Shown: positions 1 to 9,164 of the stretch, piece by piece | Numbering within the stretch: the first letter of the stretch is position 1 | How the letters are laid out: every line of letters starts with the position of its first letter | NCBI GenBank assembly: GCA_963711835.1 | Contig: CAVQFQ010000006.1 | Location: 64,001 to 128,000, forward strand | Length of the DNA stretch: 64,000 bases | Source of the DNA: an uncultured delta proteobacterium | GTDB lineage: Bacteria; Desulfobacterota; RBG-13-43-22 | Reading direction: 5' to 3' | Notes under the pieces: generated by a model | Seen by the model: the letters and a program-made list of their open reading frames with translations, nothing else | Databases searched by the model: none | What the model was told of the DNA's origin: nothing | Position numbers and translations under genes: made by a program

Positions 1-1179
1 ATAACGGGCCAAGAGTTGGAAGGCCCCGTAGCCGCCCTTACCAAACACGAAGGGCTTTTTAGGACTGATCTGCTGGGGCAGCCCATTCCTCCAGGGTTCA
101 TGCTCACCCGTTAAAAACCAGCCCAGGGATACATAACCCGCATTGCCGCTAAAGCTTCCCGTTTTGGTGCCGTTGCGAAGATCATTCAATTGCAGGTTCA
201 CGTATTCACCTTTAAGGGATACCGGACCGACCAGCCAGGCCAGTTCGCCTCCCAATCGGGTACGGTTGCCGTCCTGGGCGACCGTATCCTGAAATTGCAT
301 GAAGGTTGTCCCGGCGGCGGTTTTAAAGGCATTTTTCCACCAGTCGGTGCTGGGTTTAGCGGTATGCTCTATCCCGGTGGTAAAGGCCCCGCCGATATGA
401 AAGTCTTTAAGGAAGGCGTTATCCAACTTGGAAAAAGGTGCCAGGGTGATTCTTCCCGCCAGGTCCTTCTGGTCATCCACGTCACCGGCCGTATTGAGTT
501 TGACGCCGTTAAAAACACCCAGTTGATAATACAGGAGATCCTTGGCGACATTTCCGTGAATCATCATCCCGATATCGCGAGAAGGCGCCCAGTTGTCGGC
601 TAAAGAACGTTCTACAAAATCGATCCAGTTGTCGGAGTGCAGTTCCTCCATTAAGAAGGGGACCTTGAACTGCCCGAACATAAACTGGGCATAAGGGACA
701 TAGCGGATGTTCATGAAGGCGTCATTAAGCCGGGGGTTCCCCTGGCCGAATTCCGGTTCGACCATAAAATCATAATAGTTATATAAGGTTCCGATTAGGG
801 CCAGCCGGGCGCGCTTGATGAAAAAAGAATCATTATTGGGATTGTCTCCCAGGTACTGTTTGTAGTCGGCATGGAGCCGGCCTGAAATCCGGATTTTGCT
901 GGCCCCATCGGCTGATTCGATGGAAAAGCCCCTTTTAAAATCGACCTTGGCCCCTTCGGTCGATTTTTTCTCGGCCGCCGCCCGTAATTTTGCTACTTCG
1001 GCATCTTCGGCCTCAACCTCTTTTTTAAGTTCCTGGTATTTTTCCTGACTGACGATCTTGCTTTCCAAGAGAATATCCAGGATTTTTTCGTTGACCGATT
1101 TGGCTTGGGAAATCGAGGCACTTCCCCAGAGAAATACCAGGCCCATTACGATAGCAATCCAACTTTTTTTGATACACAT
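1..1179 (-). CDS. OprO/OprP-family anion-selective outer-membrane porin, 3' end runs off the window
   Basis: Not in the ORF track. Manual translation from ATG at 1179 (AAGGAGG upstream) gives MCIKKSWIAIVMGLVFLWGSASISQA (signal peptide), a coiled-coil, then GRLHADY...FFIKRARL...FGQFKVPFLMEEL...FVERS...RDIG, which are porin O/P motifs. Confidence 0.8.
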   Translation of the reverse strand, partial: MCIKKSWIAIVMGLVFLWGSASISQAKSVNEKILDILLESKIVSQEKYQELKKEVEAEDAEVAKLRAAAEKKSTEGAKVDFKRGFSIESADGASKIRISGRLHADYKQYLGDNPNNDSFFIKRARLALIGTLYNYYDFMVEPEFGQGNPRLNDAFMNIRYVPYAQFMFGQFKVPFLMEELHSDNWIDFVERSLADNWAPSRDIGMMIHGNVAKDLLYYQLGVFNGVKLNTAGDVDDQKDLAGRITLAPFSKLDNAFLKDFHIGGAFTTGIEHTAKPSTDWWKNAFKTAAGTTFMQFQDTVAQDGNRTRLGGELAWLVGPVSLKGEYVNLQLNDLRNGTKTGSFSGNAGYVSLGWFLTGEHEPWRNGLPQQISPKKPFVFGKGGYGAFQLLARY

Positions 1180-1220
1180 GTTGCTTCCTCCTTTGGGAGA
1201 ATTATGTCATAAGAAGCACA

Positions 1221-1246
1221 TATGTCATTAATTACATATATGTCAA
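1221..1246 (-). promoter_or_regulatory. Putative operator TATGTCATTAATTACATA (1221-1238), 2 bp from a -35 TTGACA (1241-1246), upstream of the porin
   Basis: 15/16 match to TATGTCAT-N2-ATGACATA, with an extra half-site at 1203-1210. Same geometry as 12524-12549. Confidence 0.65.
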
Positions 1247-1339
1247 GAAAATTTTTTTTGCTTATAGGAACGGGGGAAAATTTAGCGGAAGACTAATGTA
1301 ATATTTTACAAAGATCCGGAGGCCTTTTGTGGGAGAGAT

Positions 1340-2203
1340 CTATTTAAGAGACTGTGCCTTCCAGGTCGCGTCATGATAAAGCGCTTCTCCATAGACATCC
1401 TTGCCGAAATCTCTGATGAGCTGCTGGCCCCGGTCCGAGGCCAAAAATGTTAAAAATTTAGCTCCTATCTCCGCCCCGGGTGTCGCCCCGGAAGGCTGGC
1501 ACAATCCGTGGTAGGCGTTGATCAGAAAAGGGTCTCCCTGATAGAGGATTTTGAAATGGGGCAAACCGGCCTTTTCCATCACCCAGGTGCTGCTATCGGT
1601 CAGGAAATAACCCCGTTCATCATAGGCCTTTTTCAGGGAGACCCCCATAAAATCATGGGTTATTCGGTAGTAATTCCCATGGGGTTGAACCCCGGCTTGG
1701 CGCCAAATAGCCATTTCTTTTCGGTGGGTCCCGGAATCATCTCCTCTGGAAAAAAATAGAGCTTTTTTGATGACAATCCGCCTGAAGGCTTCCGCCGCAC
1801 TGGCGGCCCCGGCCGTTTGGGCCGGGTCCTCGGAAGGGCCGACCAGGTAAAATTCATTAAAACCCAGCAAGGTTCTTTTCGCAGCCCAGCCTTCTTGAAC
1901 CGCCTTTTCCTCAGCGGCGGGGGAATGAACCAGAATGACATCCACTTTTTTGTTTTGGAGGAGTTTGAAGGACTCCCCGGAACCGGCTTTCACCCAGCAG
2001 AGGGAACTGCCGGTCTCCCGGGAAAAATCCTCTCCTAAGATACGGAGCAATCCCAATTCACCGGGGCTTCCAGTGGCTACAGAGAAAACAAGACTGCCTT
2101 TCCCATAAAGCTGGCTGCACCCGGTTGTCGCAATCGCTTCCGAAAAACAAATGGACACCGTCAGGAGAAGAGAAAAGAGCGAATAGCAAATCGCCTTTTT
2201 CAT
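1340..2203 (-). CDS. TupA-like tungstate/oxyanion periplasmic binding protein (variant ATGSPGELGL N-terminal motif)
   Basis: Signal peptide; motifs NEFYLVGP, FFSRGDDSGTHRKE, YFLTDSSTW, DPFLINAY typical of the TupA/PBP-like family. Confidence 0.8.
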   Translation of the reverse strand: MKKAICYSLFSLLLTVSICFSEAIATTGCSQLYGKGSLVFSVATGSPGELGLLRILGEDFSRETGSSLCWVKAGSGESFKLLQNKKVDVILVHSPAAEEKAVQEGWAAKRTLLGFNEFYLVGPSEDPAQTAGAASAAEAFRRIVIKKALFFSRGDDSGTHRKEMAIWRQAGVQPHGNYYRITHDFMGVSLKKAYDERGYFLTDSSTWVMEKAGLPHFKILYQGDPFLINAYHGLCQPSGATPGAEIGAKFLTFLASDRGQQLIRDFGKDVYGEALYHDATWKAQSLK

Positions 2204-2209
2204 CCTTCG

Positions 2210-2992
2210 CTATTTCTTCCCCTTAATCACCGAGGGTATGGCGTCGGGATAAAAAAGATTGGTGCCGTGCTTTTTATAGCCGGCGATCAATTTCTGCCCT
2301 TCCTGGGAAGTCACAAAAGCGATAAATTCCATGGCCGCCAGGTAATTCATCCTGGGGAATTTGTCCGGGTTCACGGCGATGACGCTATAATTATTGCGCA
2401 GCAGCGGATCGCCTTTAAAAAGGACTTTCAAACCCAATTTGGCTTCGTACTTCAGGAAGGTCCCCATGTCCGTCAGGGTGTAGGCGCCCTGTCGGTCCGC
2501 TTGGATCAGGGTATCGGCCATGTTGGCCCCGGCTTCCTGATACCAGGTTTTTCCCTTGGGATTGATACCGGCATCGTCCCACAAGTCCATTTCCCGGATG
2601 TTGGTACCGGAATCGTCCCCTCGAGAAAAAAAGGCGTTTCCCTTTTCGGCAATTTCTTCGAAGGCCTCAATGGCGGAGTGTGTTTTTTTTACTTTCGCCG
2701 GATCCTTGGCTGGTCCCACGATGGCAAATTCGTTATGCATGACGGCCCGCCGGTTAACCCCATAACCCTCAGCCACAAATTTTTCCTCCCGGAAAGGATC
2801 ATGCACGAAAAGAAGGTCTGCCTCTCCCTTTTTGGCCACCCGGATCGCCTTTCCCGTACCTACGGCAATGACTTCGACCTTGGCTTGAACCTTGGAAAAT
2901 TTTTCGTAGGCCGGGATTAGAATGTCAAAAAGCCCTGAATTTTGAGTGCTGGTGGTCGAAGCAATGATCAACCTGTTTTTACCTTTAACCAT
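2210..2992 (-). CDS. tupA: TupA-family tungstate-binding protein with no signal peptide
   Basis: ASTTSTQNSGL, AVGTGKA, GEADLLFVHDP, MHNEFAIVGP, FSRGDDSGT, YTLTD, LRNNYSVIAVNP. Strong RBS AAGGAGG ahead of ATG 2992. Confidence 0.85.
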   Translation of the reverse strand: MVKGKNRLIIASTTSTQNSGLFDILIPAYEKFSKVQAKVEVIAVGTGKAIRVAKKGEADLLFVHDPFREEKFVAEGYGVNRRAVMHNEFAIVGPAKDPAKVKKTHSAIEAFEEIAEKGNAFFSRGDDSGTNIREMDLWDDAGINPKGKTWYQEAGANMADTLIQADRQGAYTLTDMGTFLKYEAKLGLKVLFKGDPLLRNNYSVIAVNPDKFPRMNYLAAMEFIAFVTSQEGQKLIAGYKKHGTNLFYPDAIPSVIKGKK

Positions 2993-3076
2993 GTTAATTT
3001 TCCTCCTTTATTTTGTCTTTTAAGACCTTAATTAAATAGTTACTATTGAATAGGGTCTTGTCAAGACAGAGGCCGA

Positions 3077-4003
3077 TTATTTTCTCACCCAAGGATCTTC
3101 CCCGTGCTGTTTGCGAATAAAATCCTGAAAGGTCGCCGTCCCTTCCTTCCGGGCCTGGCCGGCGGTCAGGAATTTTCCAACCATGAGCATATGCATTTCC
3201 GGGGGGAGGTCATTAAACTGGACTTCTTTTAAAAAACCCCCGACCGTGTTGCGGATCACCTTCTGCTTTTCCCGGTCGCCGGCATAGGTGACGACGGCCA
3301 CCGGTGTGTCTTTGGGGTAATGTTTCTTGAGCTGGGTGAAAAGTTTGGGATAGTCCAGATGCATGGTATAGAAGATCATACCGGTTTTGTGGGTCATCAA
3401 TTCCTTGTTTTTGTCTTTCCGGCCGGGCCAATCGGTCATGGTCAGGATCACCGAACTGGTGTCCCAGCCGTAAGGGGGGCTCATTTTCACGGCGGCACTG
3501 GCGGCCTGAAAGGCCCCTATCCCCGGGATGACTTCGGAAGGAAAGTCCTTGGGCAGCATCTCCAGGTAATAGGTCGTTCCATACATCATAGGATCGCCCC
3601 ACTGAAGCGCGGCCACGGTCTTGCCTTGTTCCACGGCCTTTTTGATCCGGTTAATTATTTCCTCCCGGGCCTGGGCGTTCTGTATCGCCTTGGCTTTTTT
3701 CCCCGGGTCTTTTATTGTCTCCGGGTCGATTCCATAATAGACCCGGGAAAAATGCCCCAGGTACCAGACTTCCTTGCCCTCGATCATGGGTTTCCAGGCT
3801 TCAAGATCGCCCCTTTCCTCCAGGAGGACGATATCGGTCTTCTTGAGCACCTCTTGGCCGCGGACAGTGATCAGGTCCGGCATGGTTCCCATGCCGACGA
3901 TATAGAATTTACCGGCTTCCGCCCAGGCTGAGCCGGCCAAAACAACCACGGTTAACAAAACAACTGCGACCAGAGTCGCCCAATTTTTGGTGCCTTTAAT
4001 CAT
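3077..4003 (-). CDS. Tetrapyrrole (CobM/CbiF-like) methyltransferase-fold protein with N-terminal signal peptide
   Basis: FYIVGMGTMPDLITVRG, WGDPMMYG, VIPGIGAFQAA, YPKDTPVAVV, preceded by a hydrophobic leader ending AGSAWA. Confidence 0.8.
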   Translation of the reverse strand: MIKGTKNWATLVAVVLLTVVVLAGSAWAEAGKFYIVGMGTMPDLITVRGQEVLKKTDIVLLEERGDLEAWKPMIEGKEVWYLGHFSRVYYGIDPETIKDPGKKAKAIQNAQAREEIINRIKKAVEQGKTVAALQWGDPMMYGTTYYLEMLPKDFPSEVIPGIGAFQAASAAVKMSPPYGWDTSSVILTMTDWPGRKDKNKELMTHKTGMIFYTMHLDYPKLFTQLKKHYPKDTPVAVVTYAGDREKQKVIRNTVGGFLKEVQFNDLPPEMHMLMVGKFLTAGQARKEGTATFQDFIRKQHGEDPWVRK

Positions 4004-4024
4004 TACCTCTTTCCTTTCTCAATG

Positions 4025-4789
4025 TTAATTAAGATGATAGACAATGGGAAGAACGATCTGGGCTTCTATGGGAGGGCGGGGAAAAGGCTCGCTTTCCTTA
4101 ACGGTCTCCAGGGCCGTTCTATCCAGAAGCTCGTATCCCGAACTTTGCATCACCTTAGCCTCTTTAATCGTTCCGTTCAGATTGATAATAAAAGAAACCA
4201 GCACCTTGCCCTGCCAACCCAGGCGGCGGGCCTGGGAGGGATAACTGACGTTCCTGAGTATCTTTTCCCGAATATAGGCAAAATGTTCACTCAAATACTT
4301 TGTTTTTGCCTTTTCCATTCCCTCCTTCCCCATTCCAACCCCGGCCCCAGTCCCTCCGGCAGTACCCAGGGCGGCCCTGGAAGACCCGGAAGCATCGGCA
4401 GCCCCCGGTTGCCGCCCTTCCAATCCTCTTCCGGGCTCCATTTCTTTCAGTTCCGGGACGTTGATCGGGACGGTCAGGTCCGAGGTGGAATGAAGGGCCG
4501 TGGGGGTGTTATCCAAAGGCTTAGGAGATTCGGATCTGACCGAGGGCCTTTCTTCCTGAACCAAAACCCCTGGCGGGGTGAGCGAAGGCTGTTTCAATTC
4601 TACTTTCTGGCGAACGGGGGCGTTAGGGGGGCTTGATTGGGGGATAGGAGGGACTGGTTTTTCCAAACTGAAGTCGATCACCGTGAGGTGGTTCTTTTTT
4701 GCCGCCAGGCTGCTGAGACCCAGGATCCCAAATAGGAAAATGGCATGGATCAGGAAAGAAACCTGGATGGCTTTGGTTTGCGGTTTCAT
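4025..4789 (-). CDS. tonB: Energy transducer TonB
   Basis: N-terminal TM with S..IH, Pro-rich linker, C-terminal YPSQARRLGWQGKV...SSGYELLD. Confidence 0.92.
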   Translation of the reverse strand: MKPQTKAIQVSFLIHAIFLFGILGLSSLAAKKNHLTVIDFSLEKPVPPIPQSSPPNAPVRQKVELKQPSLTPPGVLVQEERPSVRSESPKPLDNTPTALHSTSDLTVPINVPELKEMEPGRGLEGRQPGAADASGSSRAALGTAGGTGAGVGMGKEGMEKAKTKYLSEHFAYIREKILRNVSYPSQARRLGWQGKVLVSFIINLNGTIKEAKVMQSSGYELLDRTALETVKESEPFPRPPIEAQIVLPIVYHLN

Positions 4790-5166
4790 TTCCGTTCTTC
4801 GGTCTGGAGGCTGACCCTTTTAAATCCCATGGTTTTAATGATGTCCAGGACTTCGACAAAACCCTGGAGGGCAATATTCCGGTCGGCCCGGATCAAAATG
4901 GGGATATTCCGGTTGTGGCCGTCCATGGCTGCCTTTAATTCCGATAAAGAAATCGGTTTGGTGTTTAAAAAGATGTTTCCCTGGCGGTCGATTTCAACGG
5001 TCTGGGTGCGAAGCATTTCCCCCTGGCTCTTGACCACTTTAGGCAAGTCTATGGGGATCATTCCGGTGGCGATGAACGACGACGTAGTCAGGACAATGGT
5101 CAGGAGCACCAGCATGACATCCACCAGGGGGATGACATTGATGTAATCAAACTCCTTTTCTTCCAT
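4786..5166 (-). CDS. exbD: ExbD biopolymer transporter
   Basis: [29 protein letters not shown]. Confidence 0.93.
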   Translation of the reverse strand: MEEKEFDYINVIPLVDVMLVLLTIVLTTSSFIATGMIPIDLPKVVKSQGEMLRTQTVEIDRQGNIFLNTKPISLSELKAAMDGHNRNIPILIRADRNIALQGFVEVLDIIKTMGFKRVSLQTEERK

Positions 5167-5581
5167 TGCGGATCTCCCAATCCATCATCAACACTTTGAC
5201 CTTGCGCAGCAGGAAGTTATAGAGCGCGACCGAGGGGATGGCCACCAAAAGACCCACCGCCGTGGCCTTCAAGGCCAGGGCCAGGCCGACCATGATTTTC
5301 CCGGTGTCCATGAAACCTTCCAACCCGATGGTGTAAAAGGTGAGCATGATGCCCAAGACCGTCCCCAGCAAGCCGATGTAGGGCGCATTGCTGCCGATGG
5401 TGGCGATCAGGTGGAGCTTCCGGGTTAATTCTTTTTCCAGGCTTGGCCGGTCCGTAAATTGATCCAGCCTGATCTGGCGATACACCAAATACCGCTCGAT
5501 GGCGATCCCGATGGAAACGACGCTCATCAGGATCAATAATCCGATGATGCCATAATCTATGGCGATTTTCAGCCAATCCAT
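5147..5581 (-). CDS. exbB: ExbB (short type) proton channel
   Basis: [21 protein letters not shown]...[17 protein letters not shown]. Confidence 0.93.
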   Translation of the reverse strand: MDWLKIAIDYGIIGLLILMSVVSIGIAIERYLVYRQIRLDQFTDRPSLEKELTRKLHLIATIGSNAPYIGLLGTVLGIMLTFYTIGLEGFMDTGKIMVGLALALKATAVGLLVAIPSVALYNFLLRKVKVLMMDWEIRNGRKGV

Positions 5582-5603
5582 AGTTGATCCAGATAGGGGG
5601 GTC

Positions 5604-5648
5604 CGGGGCTATGAACGGCACAAAAAAGGTTCACCGGTCATAGCCCCG
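5604..5648. terminator. Stem-loop between the TonB-dependent receptor and exbB
   Basis: CGGGGCTATGAACGG ... CCGGTCATAGCCCCG inverted repeat. No clear U-tract, so it may be a stabilising or attenuating hairpin. Confidence 0.45.
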
Positions 5649-5695
5649 CCCAATTCCTATTAAAATATTCGGATTTTTTGGAGATAGTGCTTAGT

Positions 5696-7772
5696 TTAAA
5701 ATTTCCCGGTCAACCCTACCCAGAAATTTCGACCTGGTCCGGGAAAACCGTATTCCTGCTCATAGTTGATATCAAAGATGTTGTTCACTGCGAAATAAAC
5801 TTCAAAACACTTAAAAATGGGCTGGGTGGCCTTGAAGTTGGTCAGGAAATAATCCCCGGTCTTCAAGGTGGCCAAGGTCCGGTTTTGTGGGGTCGGAACC
5901 TGGGAAAGAGCCTCTCCGACATAAAGGCCGATCAGATCCAGCCGCGTCTTGGCCCGGGGGATGGTGTACTGGATACCCAGGTCCGCCTTATGCTTTGGAG
6001 AAAAAGGAACGTCGTCGCTAACCCGGCCGGCGCTGTCATTGCGGGATTCATTGTAGGTATAGTCGGCCCTTAAAAGCAGTCCTTCCATGGGATAAATAGA
6101 ACCGCCTAATTCAAAACCCGTTCGATTCACGTGGCCGTAATTTTGATAATTGCCGAGGATACCGGGGGCATCGCGGGAAATCAAATCGCTGATGTCGTGA
6201 TAGAACAGGGAGAGCTCAACCTGTCCCATCTTGCCGATGGCCTGGTTGACGCCGATGGTGTAATTGATGCTTTTTTCCGAGGACAAGTTGGTATTCCCAC
6301 CACGGGTGGCATAAAGCTGCCCCAGGGTGGGGAAGCGGCTTTTCTGGGCTATCGAACCAAAGAGTCTGGTGGCCTCCAGGATCCGATAGTTTATCCCCAA
6401 CATGGGATTGAATGCGCTGGTATTCGGGGTGGGGTTGGATGTCTGGCTTACGAAATTCCCGGTACTGGAATTGGTTACATTCTTCTGGGCCTGGGTAACC
6501 CCGAACCAGTCATAGCTGATCCCGCCGACCAGGGAAAGATTCTTGACTAATGTGAATTCGTCTTCCAGACCCAGGGATCCGGTCCGGGAGACGGATTCGG
6601 CAAAGGGCAGATAGGTGTCATCTCGCTCTTTATGGGAGTCTTCTTTGTAATGAAAGGACATGCGCAGGGTGTTCCATTTTACGGGCTGGAAATCCATAAA
6701 AAAAGACCCGCCCATAAAATAGTCCTCGTAGCGACTGGTGGCGATTTGCTTGGTAAAGCTCTGGTCGGAGTACGACACATAATCATCATTATGGTGATGA
6801 TAAAAAAGTTTGGCCTTAAGGGCAAACTGGTCGGTCAGCCGGTGGGCCCCATCCAGATCGACTCCCCAGTCTTCGTAATTTAGGATCCGGGCAAAATTGG
6901 AGAAGGCTGGCCGGGTGGTGATAACCTGATTGGAATCCGTGGAGGGGGGGTATCCTTTATCCCGGTTCAGGTAATGGAAGTTGACAAAAAATTCAGAATC
7001 CTTTTTTGGGGTCGCCCCGAATTTGGCCCAGAAATTCTTGCTGGTCAAATCCGAGTTGTTCCGGGTCCCGCCGTCCTCGAAAACGGCCTGGCTGGTCCCC
7101 CCGGGTGTGCGTCTGAGGGTCCCCTTTCTGGCTTTATAATCATCGGACAGATTCCAGCCGTTGGAATCCTGGAAAGAGGCATTCAGCCACCAGTTCCAAA
7201 TCCCCGCCTTCATACCATGGGTGGCCGAGAGCCGATAGGTTTGATTTTCCCCGAACTCAATCGTGGCGCTGGTAAAAGGCTTTTCAGACGGTTTTTTGGT
7301 AACAATGTTGATTACCCCAACCAGGGCATTGGGGCCGTAAAGAACCGAGGCAGCCCCTTTGGTGATTTCGATCTTGGCAATGTTGTCGGTCGGGATCTGG
7401 TTCAGATCCAACTTGCCGCCATTGGTTTCATAGTAAGGAACTCCATCGATCAGGATTAGGGCTTGGGTCTGATCAAACCCACGAATGGAGACATTGGGTT
7501 CGTTCTTCCGACCAATGGTAACCCGGACACCCGGGGCATAGGTCAGGGCCTCGGCCACGGTTTTGCTGTTGGTGGCCTGGATATCCTCAGCGGTGATCTC
7601 GGTGATGGTGGCTACTTCCCGGACGCCGGATTTTTGCTCTGAAACCACGATTTCGCCCAGGGTGTAGATCTCGAAATCCTTGGCCTGCGATTCCGAAGCG
7701 AACCAGCCAGGACCACACCCCAACCAAAGAAACAACCAGGGCCATTCCAATGATCCTTTTTCCTTCCTTCAT
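5696..7772 (-). CDS. TonB-dependent receptor (apparent +1 frameshift near 7718-7721 in the signal peptide)
   Basis: TonB box LGEIVVS, plug SIRGFD...LILIDGVP...KIEITKGAASVLYG...GVINIVTKK, C-terminal PGRNFWVGLTGKF. The strong RBS (AAGGAGGAGG) precedes ATG 7772 (MKEGKRIIGMALVVSLVG), which is one base out of frame with the 5696..7750 ORF. Confidence 0.88.
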
Positions 7773-7787
7773 TTTTTCCTCCTCCTT

Positions 7788-9101
7788 TTATTTATGTTTT
7801 TTATTTTTCCTTGACCAGAAGAAATAAAACGGCAACCCCGTCAAGGTGATTAAAACCCCTAACAGCGAAGTGCCCGGTTTGTCTCCTGAAATCTGCCAGG
7901 CGATCCAGCCGTAGGCCGCCACAAAAACCAGGGGCGTCAGGGGGAATCCCCAGGTTCGGTAGGCTCTGAGCTGGTTGGGTTGTTTAACCCTGAGGACCAG
8001 ATGAGCCAACCCGGTCGCCATGGAGGCCAGGAGCATGATTAAAACCACATAGCCCAGAAGCTGATCAAAACTTCCCCAGACGACCATCAAGGCCGCCAGC
8101 AGCCCCTGGATCAAAATCGATCCATAAGGGGTCTTATAGCGGGGATGAAGTTTTTTCAGGAAAGACCAAAAGATTCTATCCTCGGCCATGGCATAAAAAA
8201 TCCGGGAACAGGCCAGGATGGTGGCATTGATGCTGGAGGCAATGGCCAGTAGGATGGCCAGGGAGATCATCCCGGCAAAGGTGCTGTTAAACAGGGTGGT
8301 AGCCGCCAATTGGCCCACGTTAACCACACCCTTCAGACTCGAAATGGGGACCGCGTATAAATAGGTTATATTGACCAGGGTATAAAGGACGGTAACTATC
8401 AAAGTCCCCCAGAGAAGCGAGCGGGGGACGTTTCTTTCCGGGTCCTTGACTTCACTGCCCACATAGGTGGAGGCGAACCAGCCGCTGTAGGTAAAAATAA
8501 CGGCGATCATGGGCGAGGCCAGCATCTTGGACCAGGGGATCGTTCCTCCCGGGCCGCCGGCGAAATGCTGCCAGCTTCCATTGCCGAAAAGCAGCCCCCA
8601 AAATATTAAAATACCCAGCAGGGCCAGGGAGCCCAGGGTGAAGAAATCCTGGGTGGTGCCGCCCCAACGGATTCCCCGGTAATTGACCCAGGTAAACAGG
8701 GCGATGACCACCATGGCCGCCGGCTTTCCGGCACCCGGCAAGGCTGCCGGAAGGACCGGTTTTAGATAAGTGGCCAGGGCCAACGACAGGGCGGCAATGG
8801 AACCGGGGATAATAATCCAAAAGTTGACCCAACCCAACAGAAACCCGGCCCAGGGCCCGTAAGCCTCCTTCAGGAACTGGTAATCACCCCCCGACCTGGG
8901 AAACAAGCCTGCCAGTTCGGCATAGGTCAGGGCCCCGCAAAGGGTCAGCAAGCCCCCAATAATCCAGATGCCGATAAACCAGAAAGGCTGAGGCAGTTCA
9001 CCGGCCAGGAAGCCGCTGGTGGTAAAAATACCGGCGCCGACTACATTGCCTACCACCAGTAGAATGGCATCCCCTAAGGTGAGGCTTCTTTTAAGCTGCA
9101 A
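7788..9101 (-). CDS. APC-family amino acid permease
   Basis: LKRSLTL, VGNVVGAGIF, YAELAGLFPRSGGDYQFLKEAYG, YSGW...GSEVKDPERNVPR; about 12 TM segments; TTG start with AAGGA RBS. Confidence 0.9.
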   Translation of the reverse strand: MQLKRSLTLGDAILLVVGNVVGAGIFTTSGFLAGELPQPFWFIGIWIIGGLLTLCGALTYAELAGLFPRSGGDYQFLKEAYGPWAGFLLGWVNFWIIIPGSIAALSLALATYLKPVLPAALPGAGKPAAMVVIALFTWVNYRGIRWGGTTQDFFTLGSLALLGILIFWGLLFGNGSWQHFAGGPGGTIPWSKMLASPMIAVIFTYSGWFASTYVGSEVKDPERNVPRSLLWGTLIVTVLYTLVNITYLYAVPISSLKGVVNVGQLAATTLFNSTFAGMISLAILLAIASSINATILACSRIFYAMAEDRIFWSFLKKLHPRYKTPYGSILIQGLLAALMVVWGSFDQLLGYVVLIMLLASMATGLAHLVLRVKQPNQLRAYRTWGFPLTPLVFVAAYGWIAWQISGDKPGTSLLGVLITLTGLPFYFFWSRKNKKHK

Positions 9102-9164
9102 GGATGGGTTTCCTTTTTCTCATGAGTTCATTTTTTTAAAAAATAAAATGGTGCCCTCTTTCTT

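Noticed and set aside
9101-9131. In-frame ATG-AAC-TCA-TGA upstream of the APC permease as a Sec codon
   Set aside because: There is no Cys-equivalent position in APC N-termini and no SECIS. TTG 9101 has its own AAGGA RBS.
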